The notes under the pieces: generated by a model | What the model saw: the letters and a program-made list of their open reading frames with translations, nothing else | What the model was told of the DNA's origin: nothing | Databases searched by the model: none | DNA from: an uncultured Candidatus Rokubacteria bacterium | GTDB taxonomy: Bacteria; Methylomirabilota; Methylomirabilia; Rokubacteriales; CSP1-6 | Length of the DNA stretch: 64,000 nt | NCBI GenBank assembly: GCA_963758635.1 | Contig: CAVWWD010000003.1 | Location: forward strand, 864,001-928,000 | Reading direction: 5' to 3' | Shown here: positions 63,120-64,000 of the stretch, piece after piece | How the letters are laid out: each line of letters opens with the position of its first letter | Numbering within the stretch: the first letter of the stretch is position 1 | Made by a program: the position numbers and the translations under genes

Positions 63120-64000
63120 GCCCCCGCGGCTCATCGCCGACGTCGCCCGCGACCTGGGCCTCGGCGAGGCCGAGTGGATGCCCTACGGCCGGTACAAGGC
63201 CAAGGTGCTGCTCGGCGCCCTCGAGGCCCGCCGCGCGCGCCCCGACGGCAAGCTCGTGCTCGTCTCCTCGATCACCCCGACGCCGGCGGGTGACGGCAAG
63301 ACGACGATGACGATCGGCCTCGGGCAGGCCCTCTGCAAGGCGGGGAAGCGGGCGGTGATCGCGCTGCGCGAGCCGTCGATCGGCCCGACCCTCGGCATGA
63401 AGGGCGGCGGCACGGGCGGCGGCCGCTCGCAGGTCGTGCCCATGGACGAGATCAACCTGCACTTCACCGGCGACTTCCACGCCATCACCTCCGCCAACAA
63501 CCTGCTCGCCGCCATGATCGACAATCACCTCCACCACGGCAACGCGCTCGGCATCGACCCGCGCCAGGTGTTCTGGAAGCGCGCGCTCGACGTGAACGAC
63601 CGCGCGCTCCGGAAGAACGTGCTCGGCCTCGGCGGCGCCATGGACGGCGTCCCGCGCGAGGGCGGCTTCCTCATCACCGCCGCCTCCGAGATCATGGCCG
63701 CGCTGTGCCTCGCCGAGAGCCTGGCCGACCTCCGGGCGCGGCTCGGGCGCATGGTGGTCGCGGTCACCCGCGAGGGGAAGCCCGTCGCCGCCGACGCCCT
63801 CGGCGTGACGGGGGCGATGACGGCGCTCCTGCGGGACGCCGTGCACCCGAACCTGGTGCAGACCATGGAGGGCACGCCCGCGCTCGTCCACGGCGGGCCG
63901 TTCGCCAACATCGCGCATGGGTGCAACTCGGTGGTGGCCACGCGGATGGCGCTCAAGCTCGGCGAGATCTGCCTGACCGAGGCGGGCTTCGCCACCGACC
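63085..64000 (+). CDS. fhs: Formate--tetrahydrofolate ligase (runs off window end)
   Basis: Not in the ORF track. From ATG 63085: [52 protein letters not shown] and TEAGF. Confidence 0.95.
   Translation, partial: MATSTPTPATPEPPRLIADVARDLGLGEAEWMPYGRYKAKVLLGALEARRARPDGKLVLVSSITPTPAGDGKTTMTIGLGQALCKAGKRAVIALREPSIGPTLGMKGGGTGGGRSQVVPMDEINLHFTGDFHAITSANNLLAAMIDNHLHHGNALGIDPRQVFWKRALDVNDRALRKNVLGLGGAMDGVPREGGFLITAASEIMAALCLAESLADLRARLGRMVVAVTREGKPVAADALGVTGAMTALLRDAVHPNLVQTMEGTPALVHGGPFANIAHGCNSVVATRMALKLGEICLTEAGFATD

Overview
Very GC-rich diderm bacterial chromosome segment (BamD, autotransporter barrel, split gcvPA/PB, several Tat substrates). The gene style suggests Candidatus Rokubacteria/Methylomirabilota, but this is inference only. 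Content is mostly housekeeping and metabolic: mltG, a stand-alone rpoA, comEA/comEC, katE, an acyl-CoA dehydrogenase pair, lysC/hom/alaC, an ECF sigma module, oligopeptide and sugar ABC parts, pxpBC, the glycine cleavage operon, pepA, rpsU and fhs. Many genes carry 1-nt frameshifts, probably long-read consensus errors. Highlights: (1) a short AAA+ ATPase ending in GQYL, the 20S-proteasome docking motif, but lacking the ARC/Mpa N-domains and with a degenerate second region of homology, a candidate new proteasome regulator; (2) a Tat-exported DUF411 protein with an in-frame TGA at the conserved Cys followed by a SECIS-like hairpin, a candidate selenoprotein missed by the ORF track; (3) an orphan rpoA with an altered beta-prime contact loop; (4) a Sel1-caspase with both catalytic residues replaced; (5) four sigma54-type promoters on stress-type genes; (6) an in-frame internally deleted threonine aldolase remnant; (7) four families of short dispersed repeats. 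I recognised no tRNA, rRNA, CRISPR array or intact transposase.
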